Shown piece after piece: positions 38,977 through 48,517 of a stretch of 64,000 nt of DNA. The position numbers and the translations under genes are program-made. The stretch comes from a virus (lineage: Duplodnaviria > Caudoviricetes), in IMG/VR virus record IMGVR_UViG_3300028591_000081, positions 32,001-96,000 of that record; one strand, given 5' to 3'. The notes under the pieces were generated by a model. It was not told the DNA's origin. It saw only the letters and a list, made by a program, of their open reading frames with translations, and did not search any database. How positions within the stretch are numbered: the first letter of the stretch is position 1; every line of letters starts with the position of its first letter.

Positions 38977-40779
38977 TTACACATTCGAAATGAAATTCAG
39001 AACGTCGTCAATAATGTCGTCAGCGTCCTTCTCGCTATGGCACACTTTCCCTGATACAGGAATCTTGACATACGCCATGACATAGTCCTGCTGGGTCTCG
39101 AAGTACAATTCCTCTCCGTTCATGTCCATGTGTGCGTAAACTGTCGAACCCCCGTCCTTCAGGGAGACCGTATCGACCTCTCTTAGGTCTCGGAGTTTGC
39201 GAGCAATGACTCTGGTTGGAGGCTCCTGCATGATCCCAGTATTGTCTTGCATAAAGTCTGACGAGCTTTCACAGTGTCTTTTGCTGTAACGATTTTTGAT
39301 GGTGCGACGTATCATTGAATTTCTCCTTTCGTTGGCGAGACAAAGTCTCTCGTGCAGGTCTAAAGCGTTCTTGTCGAACTTGATGGAATCCAGCTTCCTG
39401 TTGATGATGGAAGCCATCAGTACAATAAACTCACGAACGCCTTGAGTAAGAGCCATCAGGAAACATTCGTTATCGGAATCCTTCATTAAGGTTCTCAACT
39501 CAACGACGGCTGACTGGTAATGCAGTTTGCTGATTTCTATGGAAAGTGTGCTGTTGTTGTTGAACTCTTCCGTCGGACGTGTCCATCTCTTTGGTACAAC
39601 ATTTGACCACTTGAAGGTAAGTTTCACAGGGTACGCATAGGACAGCTTTCGGAAGTAGTGGTTTGTGGTTACGTTAAGAACACACGCACGCTTCTTTGGA
39701 GAGAAATTTGCGGCACGCAACTGCTCTTCGATCTCGTCTGCAAGAGCCATATCTGCTTTTTCCTGCTCATCGGACAGGTATCGGTTCTTTTGAGCTTTCG
39801 CAACCATGCTGTCGATCTTTTTTTGTGTCTCGGACACAAACCAGTCACGGAACCGCAGAGGATCATTTACACATGCCTTTGCTTTCTTGTACAGAGGGCT
39901 TGATTCGGCGGCCCCCATCTGGGTGTAGTTTACGATGAATGCCCACAGGTCTTCAGAATCGTTAGACGTGAAGTCGTCTATGAGATGACCCATGAATGTT
40001 CTCAGATTGTCTCCAACTTTTACCATGTTCCCAGAGCTGTCCGGCTCACTCAGGTAGGCATCACTTGTGGCGGTGAGTTGGTAGGCATTAAATTCGGTCT
40101 CGTTCCACAGCATGTACAGGATGTGATTGTACGACCAGAAAGTAACCTTATCCTTTTCGTTGGAAAGGCTGTTCAGGTCTTTACCAGTTACACCTGCGGA
40201 GATGTAATTCTGGATCCTTCCTTTATACGAATCGTACATGTGTGTCAGTTCATGCTCAAGCATGGAGATGGTGCGCTTGTCGTCTTCACCGTCATCCTGA
40301 TCAAAGAACTTGTCAAGATCTTTGACTCGAATCTTGATGTATATGGACTGAATGTCTCGGTCACGCCCGCCTGATAGATGAAATCCGTCACTGTCTTTCA
40401 GGGCGTATGGGGATACACCGCCCATGGCCATCCTAAAATCTGGGTCTTCGGCCAGTTCTTTCCAGTAGTTGTTGTACTGCTCTATGGAGTCGGCGGTACT
40501 GCTAGAGGAGTCTTTGTAATTCGCAAGAAGAATCAGGTACACGAAGCATGTGGTGTAACGGTTTCCCAAGGTTTCCGGAAAGAACTGCTCCACAGCATTC
40601 CAGAACATGGTAGAGCGTGTTACGTCCTGTCCTCGGTAGTATCGGCCATACCGATTCTTCCAGTTCTGGTAGTTGTTTCTTAGAGAACCCTTGACCTTTC
40701 GGTAGAAGGTCTTGAGATTCTGGAGTTCATTCTGAATTGCAAATTTCTCGTTGGAGCCTTTTTTCGTTCGTATAACCAT
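38977..40779 (-). CDS. large hypothetical protein with HExxH; second in-frame start at 39315
   Basis: HELTH..D...E.NAY metalloprotease-like motif; internal AGGAG RBS plus ATG. Confidence 0.6.
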   Translation of the reverse strand: MVIRTKKGSNEKFAIQNELQNLKTFYRKVKGSLRNNYQNWKNRYGRYYRGQDVTRSTMFWNAVEQFFPETLGNRYTTCFVYLILLANYKDSSSSTADSIEQYNNYWKELAEDPDFRMAMGGVSPYALKDSDGFHLSGGRDRDIQSIYIKIRVKDLDKFFDQDDGEDDKRTISMLEHELTHMYDSYKGRIQNYISAGVTGKDLNSLSNEKDKVTFWSYNHILYMLWNETEFNAYQLTATSDAYLSEPDSSGNMVKVGDNLRTFMGHLIDDFTSNDSEDLWAFIVNYTQMGAAESSPLYKKAKACVNDPLRFRDWFVSETQKKIDSMVAKAQKNRYLSDEQEKADMALADEIEEQLRAANFSPKKRACVLNVTTNHYFRKLSYAYPVKLTFKWSNVVPKRWTRPTEEFNNNSTLSIEISKLHYQSAVVELRTLMKDSDNECFLMALTQGVREFIVLMASIINRKLDSIKFDKNALDLHERLCLANERRNSMIRRTIKNRYSKRHCESSSDFMQDNTGIMQEPPTRVIARKLRDLREVDTVSLKDGGSTVYAHMDMNGEELYFETQQDYVMAYVKIPVSGKVCHSEKDADDIIDDVLNFISNV

Positions 40780-40849
40780 AACTTACCTCTTGCTTTTAGT
40801 AAAGACGACGTATATCCAACACATTGGGTTGGATATTTGGAGAGGCGCA

Positions 40850-41443
40850 ATGAACGATGATTTTTGGAACCTTGGTAATGAAGAAACCACACCAGACGCC
40901 GATGATATAGTGTCTGAGTCCGGGCAGGAGTCAACGGACACGAGTTTGCCGGTGAAGCATGAAGTTACTGCGCAAGACCACGCTGAGGAATCTTCAACAG
41001 TCTCGGATTTCTCAGATCTGAAGATGGTTCTTTCAGACCTTCCTCAGGATGTGGTAGACAACATGCCTACCATCCAGAATCGCATCAATGCTTATCTTAC
41101 ATACTTCTCTGCGATGAATCTGGCGCGTCTGCCAAAGTTGATGCGGTTTATCAACGCCGCAGAAGAGCTTATGTTTAACCCGAAGGACTTGTTACACATG
41201 GACTACGATCAGATGTCCAGCATCTATAAGTCTGCAAAGTACAGTGCCTCTGAAGTGCTTGAGACTGCCAGAAAGGTTACGCAGACCGTACAGCAGGAGA
41301 ACGACAAGAAAACTGATGTGCTGTACAACATGCTGACCTCCCTGTCGCCTGATACTGTATCCAGACTTTTGGAAATGGTGGAAGCTGAACAGAAGGTGGA
41401 GAAACAAAAAGCGGCACAGATAGACATGCCTGAAGGATCATAA
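40850..41443 (+). CDS. hypothetical helical protein
   Basis: GGAGAGG RBS, acidic N-terminus. Confidence 0.65.
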   Translation: MNDDFWNLGNEETTPDADDIVSESGQESTDTSLPVKHEVTAQDHAEESSTVSDFSDLKMVLSDLPQDVVDNMPTIQNRINAYLTYFSAMNLARLPKLMRFINAAEELMFNPKDLLHMDYDQMSSIYKSAKYSASEVLETARKVTQTVQQENDKKTDVLYNMLTSLSPDTVSRLLEMVEAEQKVEKQKAAQIDMPEGS

Positions 41444-41715
41444 TGGAACGTATTAGGAACAATGTTAAACAGGCTTCTTTGGTCGTTCGGTATTACCGAT
41501 ACCCGAATCAGGAACTTCCTTGGAGAAAAGTGTCGAAGTTTGGAGGTCTGCATGAGATGTCTTGTCTTATGCTTGAATGTCTAAAGAACCTGTCTGGGGA
41601 TTCTGAGATGTACTGTGAGGGTGTGTTGTTTATGAATGGCAAACGGATGCCCGGTATATCCAACAAGCGAGAGGGGAATTTCATGGACGGAAGGTTGCAC
41701 TGGAAACAGGTGTAA
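41443..41715 (+). CDS. hypothetical protein
   Basis: TAATG overlap with the upstream gene. Confidence 0.55.
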   Translation: MERIRNNVKQASLVVRYYRYPNQELPWRKVSKFGGLHEMSCLMLECLKNLSGDSEMYCEGVLFMNGKRMPGISNKREGNFMDGRLHWKQV

Positions 41716-41749
41716 CCTGACAAACGAACAAGAGCCATGACGGCAGGGC

Positions 41750-41917
41750 ATGAGAAGAAAACCTGAGAAACCTTACAGTGTTCGACTAGAGTGTCTTTAC
41801 AGCAGTAATGACCTCGTAGCTTTCTTGGACATTCTGGCCATTATGCTGTCTCTTTTCCTCGGATTTGTCCTGTTGTCGGTAGTTGTGGTCTTGTTCAGAT
41901 CTTGGTTATACTACTAG
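41750..41917 (+). CDS. small membrane protein (55 aa, not in ORF track)
   Basis: MRRKPEKPY...LVAFLDILAIMLSLFLGFVLLSVVVVLFRSWLYY fills the gap in the operon. Confidence 0.45.
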   Translation: MRRKPEKPYSVRLECLYSSNDLVAFLDILAIMLSLFLGFVLLSVVVVLFRSWLYY

Positions 41918-41926
41918 GAGAGCATC

Positions 41927-43126
41927 ATGGGAGTTGATTTTGTCCGTAGTCGTGAGTCGCATCTGACCATAGCGCATGATGCCGTCTATCGTTCCATTTT
42001 TAAGGTGATCGAATCCGAGTCTTTGGCAGTTGGAGATCGCGTCATCGTGGAATTTACGAACGGAATGTACGACCAGTGTATCGTTGTCACCACCGACCCT
42101 CTCAGCCTTGCTCAGTACAAGCCAAAACGGTACATTCGAGAGGATGTCCTGTATCGTGGCACTTTTATCCCGGAACATCTGCGTAAGGGCGTCGTAAGCG
42201 ATCAGGCCGCAACAGGGGACGGTACTGGGGAGGGAGCTGAAGGATCCTCCGGAGATAGCGAAGGCAATGCCGGTGAAGGCGGATCCGTGTCTGGAGATGG
42301 TGAGTTCCACGGCGAGTACAACGAATGTTCCTGCCCTTCAGGGTGCCCTCATTGTAAAGACTGTGGTAAGTCCATGATAGGGCATTGGGGGTACGAACAT
42401 CTGTACTGCCATTGCTGGGAGGATACTGTGGAAGACGATACGGGAGATGGGGACGGAGGAGACTCTGGTGACGGCGGGGATGGAGGGGATTCTGGTGACA
42501 GCGGAGATGGTCAGGATACCCAGAAGCCTTGTCGTTGTCCTCACCATTGTCGTTTTTGCGTATGCCCAAAACGTCCGGACAGCGGTTCAGGATTGCCTGA
42601 GGAACTCAATCCAGTGATGCTGGAATGTCCGGATGAAGTTCTTGAGGGGGAGACGGTATCTTGTAAGGTCAAGCTCCTCAAAGTTAGCGATCACGATGTC
42701 GATGTCATGGTTTCCAGCCGTCCTTCATCGGCATCCATTCCAGACACAGTTACGGTTCCTGCCGGAGAACTGGAGTCGTCATTCGAGTTTGTTATGGGTG
42801 ATGAAGATCTTGAAATTTATGCCGGGGTTCTGTGTGAATTCACGGCCCATGTGAAGAGCAAATCTCTCTTCCCTGAGATTGAGTCGTTGACGGTATTATC
42901 TGGAGATACAGCGGGTCAGCCGTTCCGTATCGAAATCCAACTGAACAAGACTGCAAAAGAAATAACGGTCATTGAGATTGCGTCAGGAGATAACATGGTA
43001 GCTCCAGAAAATTTGGTTATCATGCCCGGAGAGCAGAGTAAGACTTTCGTGGTGGTTCCCTTTGAGAGTTGTACCCTGACGGCTCGTTACGGTTCGTCAG
43101 AAAAGTCTTGTGAAATCACGGTGTAA
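41927..43126 (+). CDS. probable virion surface protein: Cys/His clusters, Gly-Asp linkers, Ig-like repeats
   Basis: CSCPSGCPHCKDC, CRCPHHCRFCVCP, GDGGDS repeats, two P..V.V.AG....F beta-rich units. Confidence 0.55.
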   Translation: MGVDFVRSRESHLTIAHDAVYRSIFKVIESESLAVGDRVIVEFTNGMYDQCIVVTTDPLSLAQYKPKRYIREDVLYRGTFIPEHLRKGVVSDQAATGDGTGEGAEGSSGDSEGNAGEGGSVSGDGEFHGEYNECSCPSGCPHCKDCGKSMIGHWGYEHLYCHCWEDTVEDDTGDGDGGDSGDGGDGGDSGDSGDGQDTQKPCRCPHHCRFCVCPKRPDSGSGLPEELNPVMLECPDEVLEGETVSCKVKLLKVSDHDVDVMVSSRPSSASIPDTVTVPAGELESSFEFVMGDEDLEIYAGVLCEFTAHVKSKSLFPEIESLTVLSGDTAGQPFRIEIQLNKTAKEITVIEIASGDNMVAPENLVIMPGEQSKTFVVVPFESCTLTARYGSSEKSCEITV

Positions 43127-43221
43127 ACGGTCAGTATAGTCGGTATCAAAAGGGGATGTACTCATGTGTATCCTTCGTGAGTATTCCATGATTTCGCGAA
43201 ATCACTATAAGGAGAAAAATT

Positions 43222-43926
43222 ATGATTCGCAAAAACACCTTTACTCGCAATGCACGTCGCGATGTTCGTCGTGCTGAAAATGAAACTTCGATGCGTTCTC
43301 GCAACCGTCGCTTCCGTCGTTATGAGGAAGACGAGAAAGAGGACAAGGAAGAGAACCTGATTGATGTCGCTGAAGTGTCGGACATTGTCGATAAAGCCGT
43401 GGACGCTCTCGGCGAGTACGGTATCAGTGAGATCGAGTACGAAGAGGACAAAGAGCCGCCTGAGAACGAAGCTATCTGCAACGATGAGGACGGCAATGAG
43501 GTCAACATCAGCGTCAATGCCGACGATGCGAAACTCAGCATTGAGCTTGATGAAGAGAACACCATTGAGATCGATCTGAACGCTCCTGAGAAAGATGTCG
43601 ATGAAGCTCTGTCGGCTGACCTTGAAGAGATCTTCAATCCTGAAGATGAGGGTGGTGAGGATAAAGAGGACAAGAAGGATGATGCAAAGGAGCGTCGTAT
43701 CCGCCGTCGTATGGAACAGCGTATGGCTGAATTTCAGCGTCGTCAGGCCCAGAAACGTCGTGTTGAGGCAATCCGTCGTGTTCGTGCAGACATCGAACGT
43801 CAAGACCGTCGTGATGAAGAGCGCAAACCCCGTGTAGGGAACCTCCGTCGTCGTGAGGATCGTCGTGATGAAGAGCGCAAACCCGTGGCCGGTCGTCGCG
43901 TCCGTCGTCCCATGGGTCGCCGCTAA
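43222..43926 (+). CDS. Arg-rich/acidic protein, probable prohead core or internal protein
   Basis: TAAGGAG RBS, basic termini, acidic core, duplicated DRRDEERKP, own terminator. Confidence 0.5.
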   Translation: MIRKNTFTRNARRDVRRAENETSMRSRNRRFRRYEEDEKEDKEENLIDVAEVSDIVDKAVDALGEYGISEIEYEEDKEPPENEAICNDEDGNEVNISVNADDAKLSIELDEENTIEIDLNAPEKDVDEALSADLEEIFNPEDEGGEDKEDKKDDAKERRIRRRMEQRMAEFQRRQAQKRRVEAIRRVRADIERQDRRDEERKPRVGNLRRREDRRDEERKPVAGRRVRRPMGRR

Positions 43927-43969
43927 GATTTCTACGTAGCACCTTAACTCCAAAGAGATCAAGAAACAG

Positions 43970-44010
43970 AGAAGCCCCGATGGATTTCCTTCCATCGGGG
44001 CTTCTTTTTT
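43970..44010 (+). terminator. intrinsic terminator
   Basis: AGAAGCCCCGATGGA / TCCATCGGGGCTTCT followed by T-run. Confidence 0.85.
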
Positions 44011-44141
44011 ATCGTGTACTGATGCAGAAATTTCTTGCAAACTTGACCACAGGCGCATATCTAAGCCAAATGGAGCCGATGATGTGGTTTTGTCGGCGTA
44101 GTTACATAGCCTTGAAGGCTACACCTCATAGGGGCGTTTTT

Positions 44142-44447
44142 ATGAAGAAAAAATCTGAACTGGTTGCTGTTATTGCTGAACGTGCTGAACTTTCGAAGAA
44201 GAAGGCCAACGAAGTTCTGGACATTGTGGTTGAAACCGTCATCGACTCTTTGAAAGAAGGTGAATCCGTAGCACTCGCAGGTCTAGGCACTCTGTCTGTC
44301 GGGGATAGAGCCGCTCGTAATGGTCACAATCCTCGTACTGGGGAAGCCATCAAGATTGCCGCCAGTAAGTGCATCAAGTTCCGTCAGTCCTCGAAGATCA
44401 AACAGGATCTCAATGCAAAGAAACCTGCTAAAAAAGCGAAGAAGTGA
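44142..44447 (+). CDS. HU-family histone-like DNA-binding protein with Lys-rich tail
   Basis: KSELV..IAE...LSKK, L..GE.V.L.GLGT, R.ARNGHNPRTGE.I.I.A...KF. Confidence 0.93.
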   Translation: MKKKSELVAVIAERAELSKKKANEVLDIVVETVIDSLKEGESVALAGLGTLSVGDRAARNGHNPRTGEAIKIAASKCIKFRQSSKIKQDLNAKKPAKKAKK

Positions 44448-44470
44448 TTGACCCTACCTTCTTGATACTT

Positions 44471-44503
44471 AAAGCCCAAGCCTACATTGCTTGGGCTTTT
44501 TTT
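44471..44503 (+). terminator. intrinsic terminator
   Basis: AAAGCCCAAGC / GCTTGGGCTTT followed by T-run. Confidence 0.85.
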
Positions 44504-44504
44504 G

Positions 44505-44544
44505 TGGTGCTGAATGAATTTTCCCGAGATTTCCATGTTATAGG
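44505..44544 (+). promoter_or_regulatory. phage TGGTGCTG-N23-TGT-TATAGG promoter
   Basis: Motif copy immediately after the HU terminator. Confidence 0.7.
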
Positions 44545-44597
44545 TGTCCTTGTCAGACAGAGCTTCCAGAGTGGGGGCCGTAACTTAGGGAGTTACC

Positions 44598-44801
44598 ATG
44601 ATCACTCGATACATCATTCAGCATCAGACGGTGGATCGCAAACGTTGGGTGGATGAGCAGACCTTCACCAATGCCCTTGATACCTACATCGTAATTGCCA
44701 AGTGGGGCGTGCTCTGGCCGTGCTACAAACATCGGGTTATTGAGCGTTGCATCCTTGGGGATGGCACCTACACTGAAACTGTACTGTCCATCCATAAGTA
44801 G
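44598..44801 (+). CDS. small hypothetical protein
   Basis: GGGGAG RBS. Confidence 0.55.
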   Translation: MITRYIIQHQTVDRKRWVDEQTFTNALDTYIVIAKWGVLWPCYKHRVIERCILGDGTYTETVLSIHK

Positions 44802-44811
44802 GAGGTTTATC

Positions 44812-45063
44812 ATGGCATACGAAGTGAATCGTGATGGCGACGTGAAGGTCTTTAATTTTACCGTGCATTTTTTAGACACCAACTCCACTACGGATGAGCG
44901 CACTTCCGAGCAGTTTGTCGATTACAATGATGGGTGGAACTGGGCACGTAAAATCGGAGAGTATTGGGCATCTTTGGACCACACTAATTACTACGAAGTT
45001 CTTTGGGATTACACTTGGAAATCCAGAGGTAGTGCAAGTTTCGCTTGGGGATCCGTAGGGTGA
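44812..45063 (+). CDS. small hypothetical protein
   Basis: AGGAGGT RBS before MAYEV. Confidence 0.6.
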   Translation: MAYEVNRDGDVKVFNFTVHFLDTNSTTDERTSEQFVDYNDGWNWARKIGEYWASLDHTNYYEVLWDYTWKSRGSASFAWGSVG

Positions 45064-45187
45064 AAGCATTGTTGAGTTCGCACGAAACCATGTAAGCATG
45101 TTGCCGTGATCTGTCCTGAGTTCCCCATGCATAGGGATGTTCCTGTTCCTTTACGCATCTTTTTGGAGACATTTGATGGAGGTTGTA

Positions 45188-45844
45188 ATGAGTGGTTGTG
45201 GGAGGACATTTTCTAAAACGAAATCGGTTGAAGATCAGGCAGTCTTGACGTTTGAGGAAATCCAAGAAGTCGTCGGAGGAAAGATAGGTGAGGAGCTGAA
45301 CTGTGTTGAATGGCATTTTAGTACGGCTAACTTTAAGTCTCTTTGTCCTTTAGGCCAGTGTCCTGTTTCCGGATGGGATGAGAACAAGATAACAGTTACA
45401 GCCACGGTATCTGCGGAGACTGCAAAAGTATTACAGCAGTGGATGAATTTGAACTATTCAGGTGTGTCGTCAAGAGCTTCTGGAACCATGTGGGTTCGTC
45501 ATCCATCAGGAATCCTGAAATACCGTCTAAGTCTTAGCCATATCATCCCGCTGGGTGCTACTTTTGAGGACTGTCGTGACGATACAAGTAAGGTTCTTGT
45601 TCACATGATTCTTTCATGTGGTTCGTTCTATCTGGAAGAACGTCACGAGTCCCCAACGCCTTTGTTCGTTTTGGATTATCCGCACTCGGTGCTTTACCGT
45701 CTGATGTACAAAGATCATTTCACAAACAAAGTGATTTACGAGGTGTTTACGTCACTTGAGGATGCCGAGCTTCGACGTGACGAAGTGTCTGACATCGGAG
45801 CATCAATTTCTGAGCTGATGATCAATGCCGTAGAACTGGAGTAG
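45188..45844 (+). CDS. hypothetical protein with possible tail-tube-like domain
   Basis: GGAGG RBS; KITVT...LQQW...PSG...L.L..I.P...F pattern. Confidence 0.55.
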   Translation: MSGCGRTFSKTKSVEDQAVLTFEEIQEVVGGKIGEELNCVEWHFSTANFKSLCPLGQCPVSGWDENKITVTATVSAETAKVLQQWMNLNYSGVSSRASGTMWVRHPSGILKYRLSLSHIIPLGATFEDCRDDTSKVLVHMILSCGSFYLEERHESPTPLFVLDYPHSVLYRLMYKDHFTNKVIYEVFTSLEDAELRRDEVSDIGASISELMINAVELE

Positions 45845-45878
45845 AATATGTCTGACAAAGCGAAAAGGAGAAAGGGCA

Positions 45879-46055
45879 ATGACCGTAAAAGAGTTGATGG
45901 AAAAACTGGCACCACTCAATCCTGAGTCACAGGTTCTTGTTCGTTTTTTGAACGGCGACGCTTTTGGGTCAGCTTGGCTAGACCTTGAGGACTTTGACGA
46001 AGACGACGTTATAGCAGAAGACCACACAGTTATTCTTGACATTTCAAACAAATAA
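45879..46055 (+). CDS. small phage protein (58 aa, not in ORF track)
   Basis: AAGGAG RBS; MTVKELMEKLAPLNPESQV.. is a common small phage protein start. Confidence 0.6.
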   Translation: MTVKELMEKLAPLNPESQVLVRFLNGDAFGSAWLDLEDFDEDDVIAEDHTVILDISNK

Positions 46056-46067
46056 GGGGAGGTGTCT

Positions 46068-46430
46068 ATGAAAGTCATCCTTGAGTTTACAGAGTCTCAG
46101 TTGTCGTTGTTGTGCAGAATTTCAGCAGAAAAGGGCAAAACTTTGGAGCAGTTGATCGCCCTGTCTGTCTGTAAGTTTATTGAATCTGAACAAACCCATT
46201 CTATTGCTACTGATCCCGCTCCAAATCCGGCAGTGTCTCAGGTTCTTGCACCTTCCACACCTTCCCCATCTTCTTCCATGTTCCAGATTTCAGCAAACCC
46301 ACGTTCGTTTTGCACGCCGGTAGTATCTCAAGATTCTTCAGAGGATGTTGTTGAAGAGGAAGTGGCTGAAGAGATCACCGAATTCGACAGCGAAGAGGAT
46401 ATGAAATCCGTGGAAGAATTCTTGTTTTAG
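46068..46430 (+). CDS. possible ribbon-helix-helix DNA-binding protein with acidic tail
   Basis: MKVILEFTESQLSLLCRISAEKGKTLEQLI pattern; GGAGGTG RBS. Confidence 0.45.
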   Translation: MKVILEFTESQLSLLCRISAEKGKTLEQLIALSVCKFIESEQTHSIATDPAPNPAVSQVLAPSTPSPSSSMFQISANPRSFCTPVVSQDSSEDVVEEEVAEEITEFDSEEDMKSVEEFLF

Positions 46431-46443
46431 TGGGGGCGTAATC

Positions 46444-47589
46444 ATGGGTGTTTACATTTCAAGATCTGTGCTGGAGTATGCCAGAGACCTTGCTAATCTA
46501 TTTCATGTAAATCAGTTCGAAGGTTCATTTCAGTTCTACTCTAAGAAACCTTCGTATGTGGTAGAACTGGACCCGAACACCTCCTGTGCCCGGGTGATTC
46601 TTCCGACTGCACTCAAAGGGCTTCAGATGGTTTATCGAGGTGTGTATCCGAGCCTTGAGGTTTCTTCGGGACAGCCTTCTGACCTTAGCATGGATAAGAT
46701 TCTGGTCATGGCCACACACTCGGAAATTTCTGCGTGTGAGAATGAGTTTGGTGTGGCCGTGGATTCACTCACTTCTGTGGAACATAATGCTGTGCTTGAC
46801 CTCATAGACCATGCCGATTGGTCAGAGGTTCCAGTTAGTTATCTGGCCATTGAGTACCTGTGCAGTCTGATGTACAAGAACACAGTGTTCAAGGGAGAGG
46901 GTTGGGTCTCGATGAATCGATCTGGGGTTCGTGTGTGGCATCGTGGTATCGGGATTGAGACTTTCTGGACGGGATCGGAATGTCCTGAGTATTACAAGGT
47001 ACCTCTCCCGGCTCTGTATTATGACATCGCAGTTGAAGGTGGAAAGTCTGCCTCTCGGCTTGGTGTTACGGTTGCCTTTTCTGAGAACTGCACACTCCTT
47101 GGGAATACGGTGCCTTACGGAAGGAATCTTCTGTGGTCAGGGTCTCCAAAGAATGATGAGGATTCCGTTTTTGCGCTTCTGAGCCAAAGACGTTCACGCG
47201 GTATGTGTACTGTGCATTCTTCCTCGGCACAGATTTCAGACGACATGGTCTCAAAGTGCAGGGAAGTTACTGTGTCTACGTCTGGCCAAGGAATTGATGT
47301 TATCGTTCTTATGAGCAATGGTTACATTTCCACGGCTCACTGTGATGCTGAGTTCGCAACTTCAGTTCTTTGTTCCAGACCGATGAAAGTGATGAATGGG
47401 GATATCTTGATGATGATGCTGAAGAGTGGTTTCGATGGAACCGTCAGTCTTTATCAAACAGACACATGCGGGCACACGCTCGTCTTTGAGACAGACTATG
47501 AGCTAGGAGGGTTGTTCAACCTTGCCCGTCCTCGAAATGCCGATGGCCGACGCGTGACGACAAGAGTCTATTTCTCGTGCATCGGTTGA
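46444..47589 (+). CDS. hypothetical protein
   Basis: 381 aa ORF followed by a terminator-like hairpin at ~47598-47635. Confidence 0.65.
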   Translation: MGVYISRSVLEYARDLANLFHVNQFEGSFQFYSKKPSYVVELDPNTSCARVILPTALKGLQMVYRGVYPSLEVSSGQPSDLSMDKILVMATHSEISACENEFGVAVDSLTSVEHNAVLDLIDHADWSEVPVSYLAIEYLCSLMYKNTVFKGEGWVSMNRSGVRVWHRGIGIETFWTGSECPEYYKVPLPALYYDIAVEGGKSASRLGVTVAFSENCTLLGNTVPYGRNLLWSGSPKNDEDSVFALLSQRRSRGMCTVHSSSAQISDDMVSKCREVTVSTSGQGIDVIVLMSNGYISTAHCDAEFATSVLCSRPMKVMNGDILMMMLKSGFDGTVSLYQTDTCGHTLVFETDYELGGLFNLARPRNADGRRVTTRVYFSCIG

Positions 47590-47656
47590 TTCTTTCGTCC
47601 GCATCACAGGATAAGAAGTGGTGCGGATTTTTTTTGTATCTGTAAGGAGACGTACC

Positions 47657-47893
47657 ATGACCGAAATCGCCCTGTGTTTGTCGCTTCTTTGCCCGGCTGT
47701 CAATGTCGAAGTCCATGAGAATGGAGAGTACGTGTACCTGTGTTATGAGGGCGGTGTGTTCCCTCCAATCACAGGCCCTCTGGACAATATGAAAGAACCT
47801 ATCGAAACAGATTCAGAGAGTCTGAAGAAGGCTTGTGAAATGTGTGGCCTTTGTTTCGGTTCTGCACGTGCTGAGTCCGAACAGACTAAATGA
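47657..47893 (+). CDS. small hypothetical protein
   Basis: TAAGGAG RBS. Confidence 0.55.
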   Translation: MTEIALCLSLLCPAVNVEVHENGEYVYLCYEGGVFPPITGPLDNMKEPIETDSESLKKACEMCGLCFGSARAESEQTK

Positions 47894-47908
47894 CGTGTAG
47901 GAGCCACT

Positions 47909-48517
47909 ATGCTTAGAATTCGAAAAACCCCATGTACACGCCGTTTACGGAATGAGGATGTGAGCCTGTCCAAGTCCGATTTGTTCTTTGCCTTGTGGTA
48001 CAAGCTGACTCAGTCCGGTGTGAATGTTGACCGTGTTGATGATCACAGTTACGTCATTCAGGTGAACTTGTACGACGAACCTGTGACGACGATGCTGGTA
48101 GACCGCCGTGTAGGAAGTACCTATGACATGATGAACGCCGTTATCACTCTGACGTTCTGGGACTATGGACAGATTCTTTTGGATGATGGGTACATCGAAG
48201 AGGCTATCTCTGAGGATGTCACCAACCTGCGTGAGGCCGTAGACTGGGTAGAATACAACTGTCCTTCTGAGATTACGAACCTGACCTATCACTTGAAGTC
48301 TGAACGAGATGCTACGGTACTGGCCCGGGACATTCAAGGTATGGTACTTCAGATGGAAACCGACTTTTCAAAAATCGAGGATTATCTGCAACAGGTCTTC
48401 ACAAAAGTTGACGCGGCCAGCCGAAAAAGGCAAAGTACCCGTCGGAAGCGTTCTTGTTCGGAGAAACATCGCATTGCCCGTATGCGTAAGGCTGGACGAT
48501 GTAGGAGGAAACCATGA
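47909..48517 (+). CDS. hypothetical protein with Arg-rich termini
   Basis: AGGAG RBS; MLRIRK...RRLRNE leader. Confidence 0.65.
   Translation: MLRIRKTPCTRRLRNEDVSLSKSDLFFALWYKLTQSGVNVDRVDDHSYVIQVNLYDEPVTTMLVDRRVGSTYDMMNAVITLTFWDYGQILLDDGYIEEAISEDVTNLREAVDWVEYNCPSEITNLTYHLKSERDATVLARDIQGMVLQMETDFSKIEDYLQQVFTKVDAASRKRQSTRRKRSCSEKHRIARMRKAGRCRRKP

Noticed and set aside
43162-44058. 298 aa hydrophobic ORF on the - strand
   Set aside because: Antisense shadow of the charged protein 43222..43926, which has the RBS and terminator
47598-47635. Extra TGGTGC promoter copy at ~47619
   Set aside because: It is one arm of a terminator hairpin (TCCGCATCAC/GTGGTGCGGA plus T-run) and has no -10 at the 23-24 nt spacing
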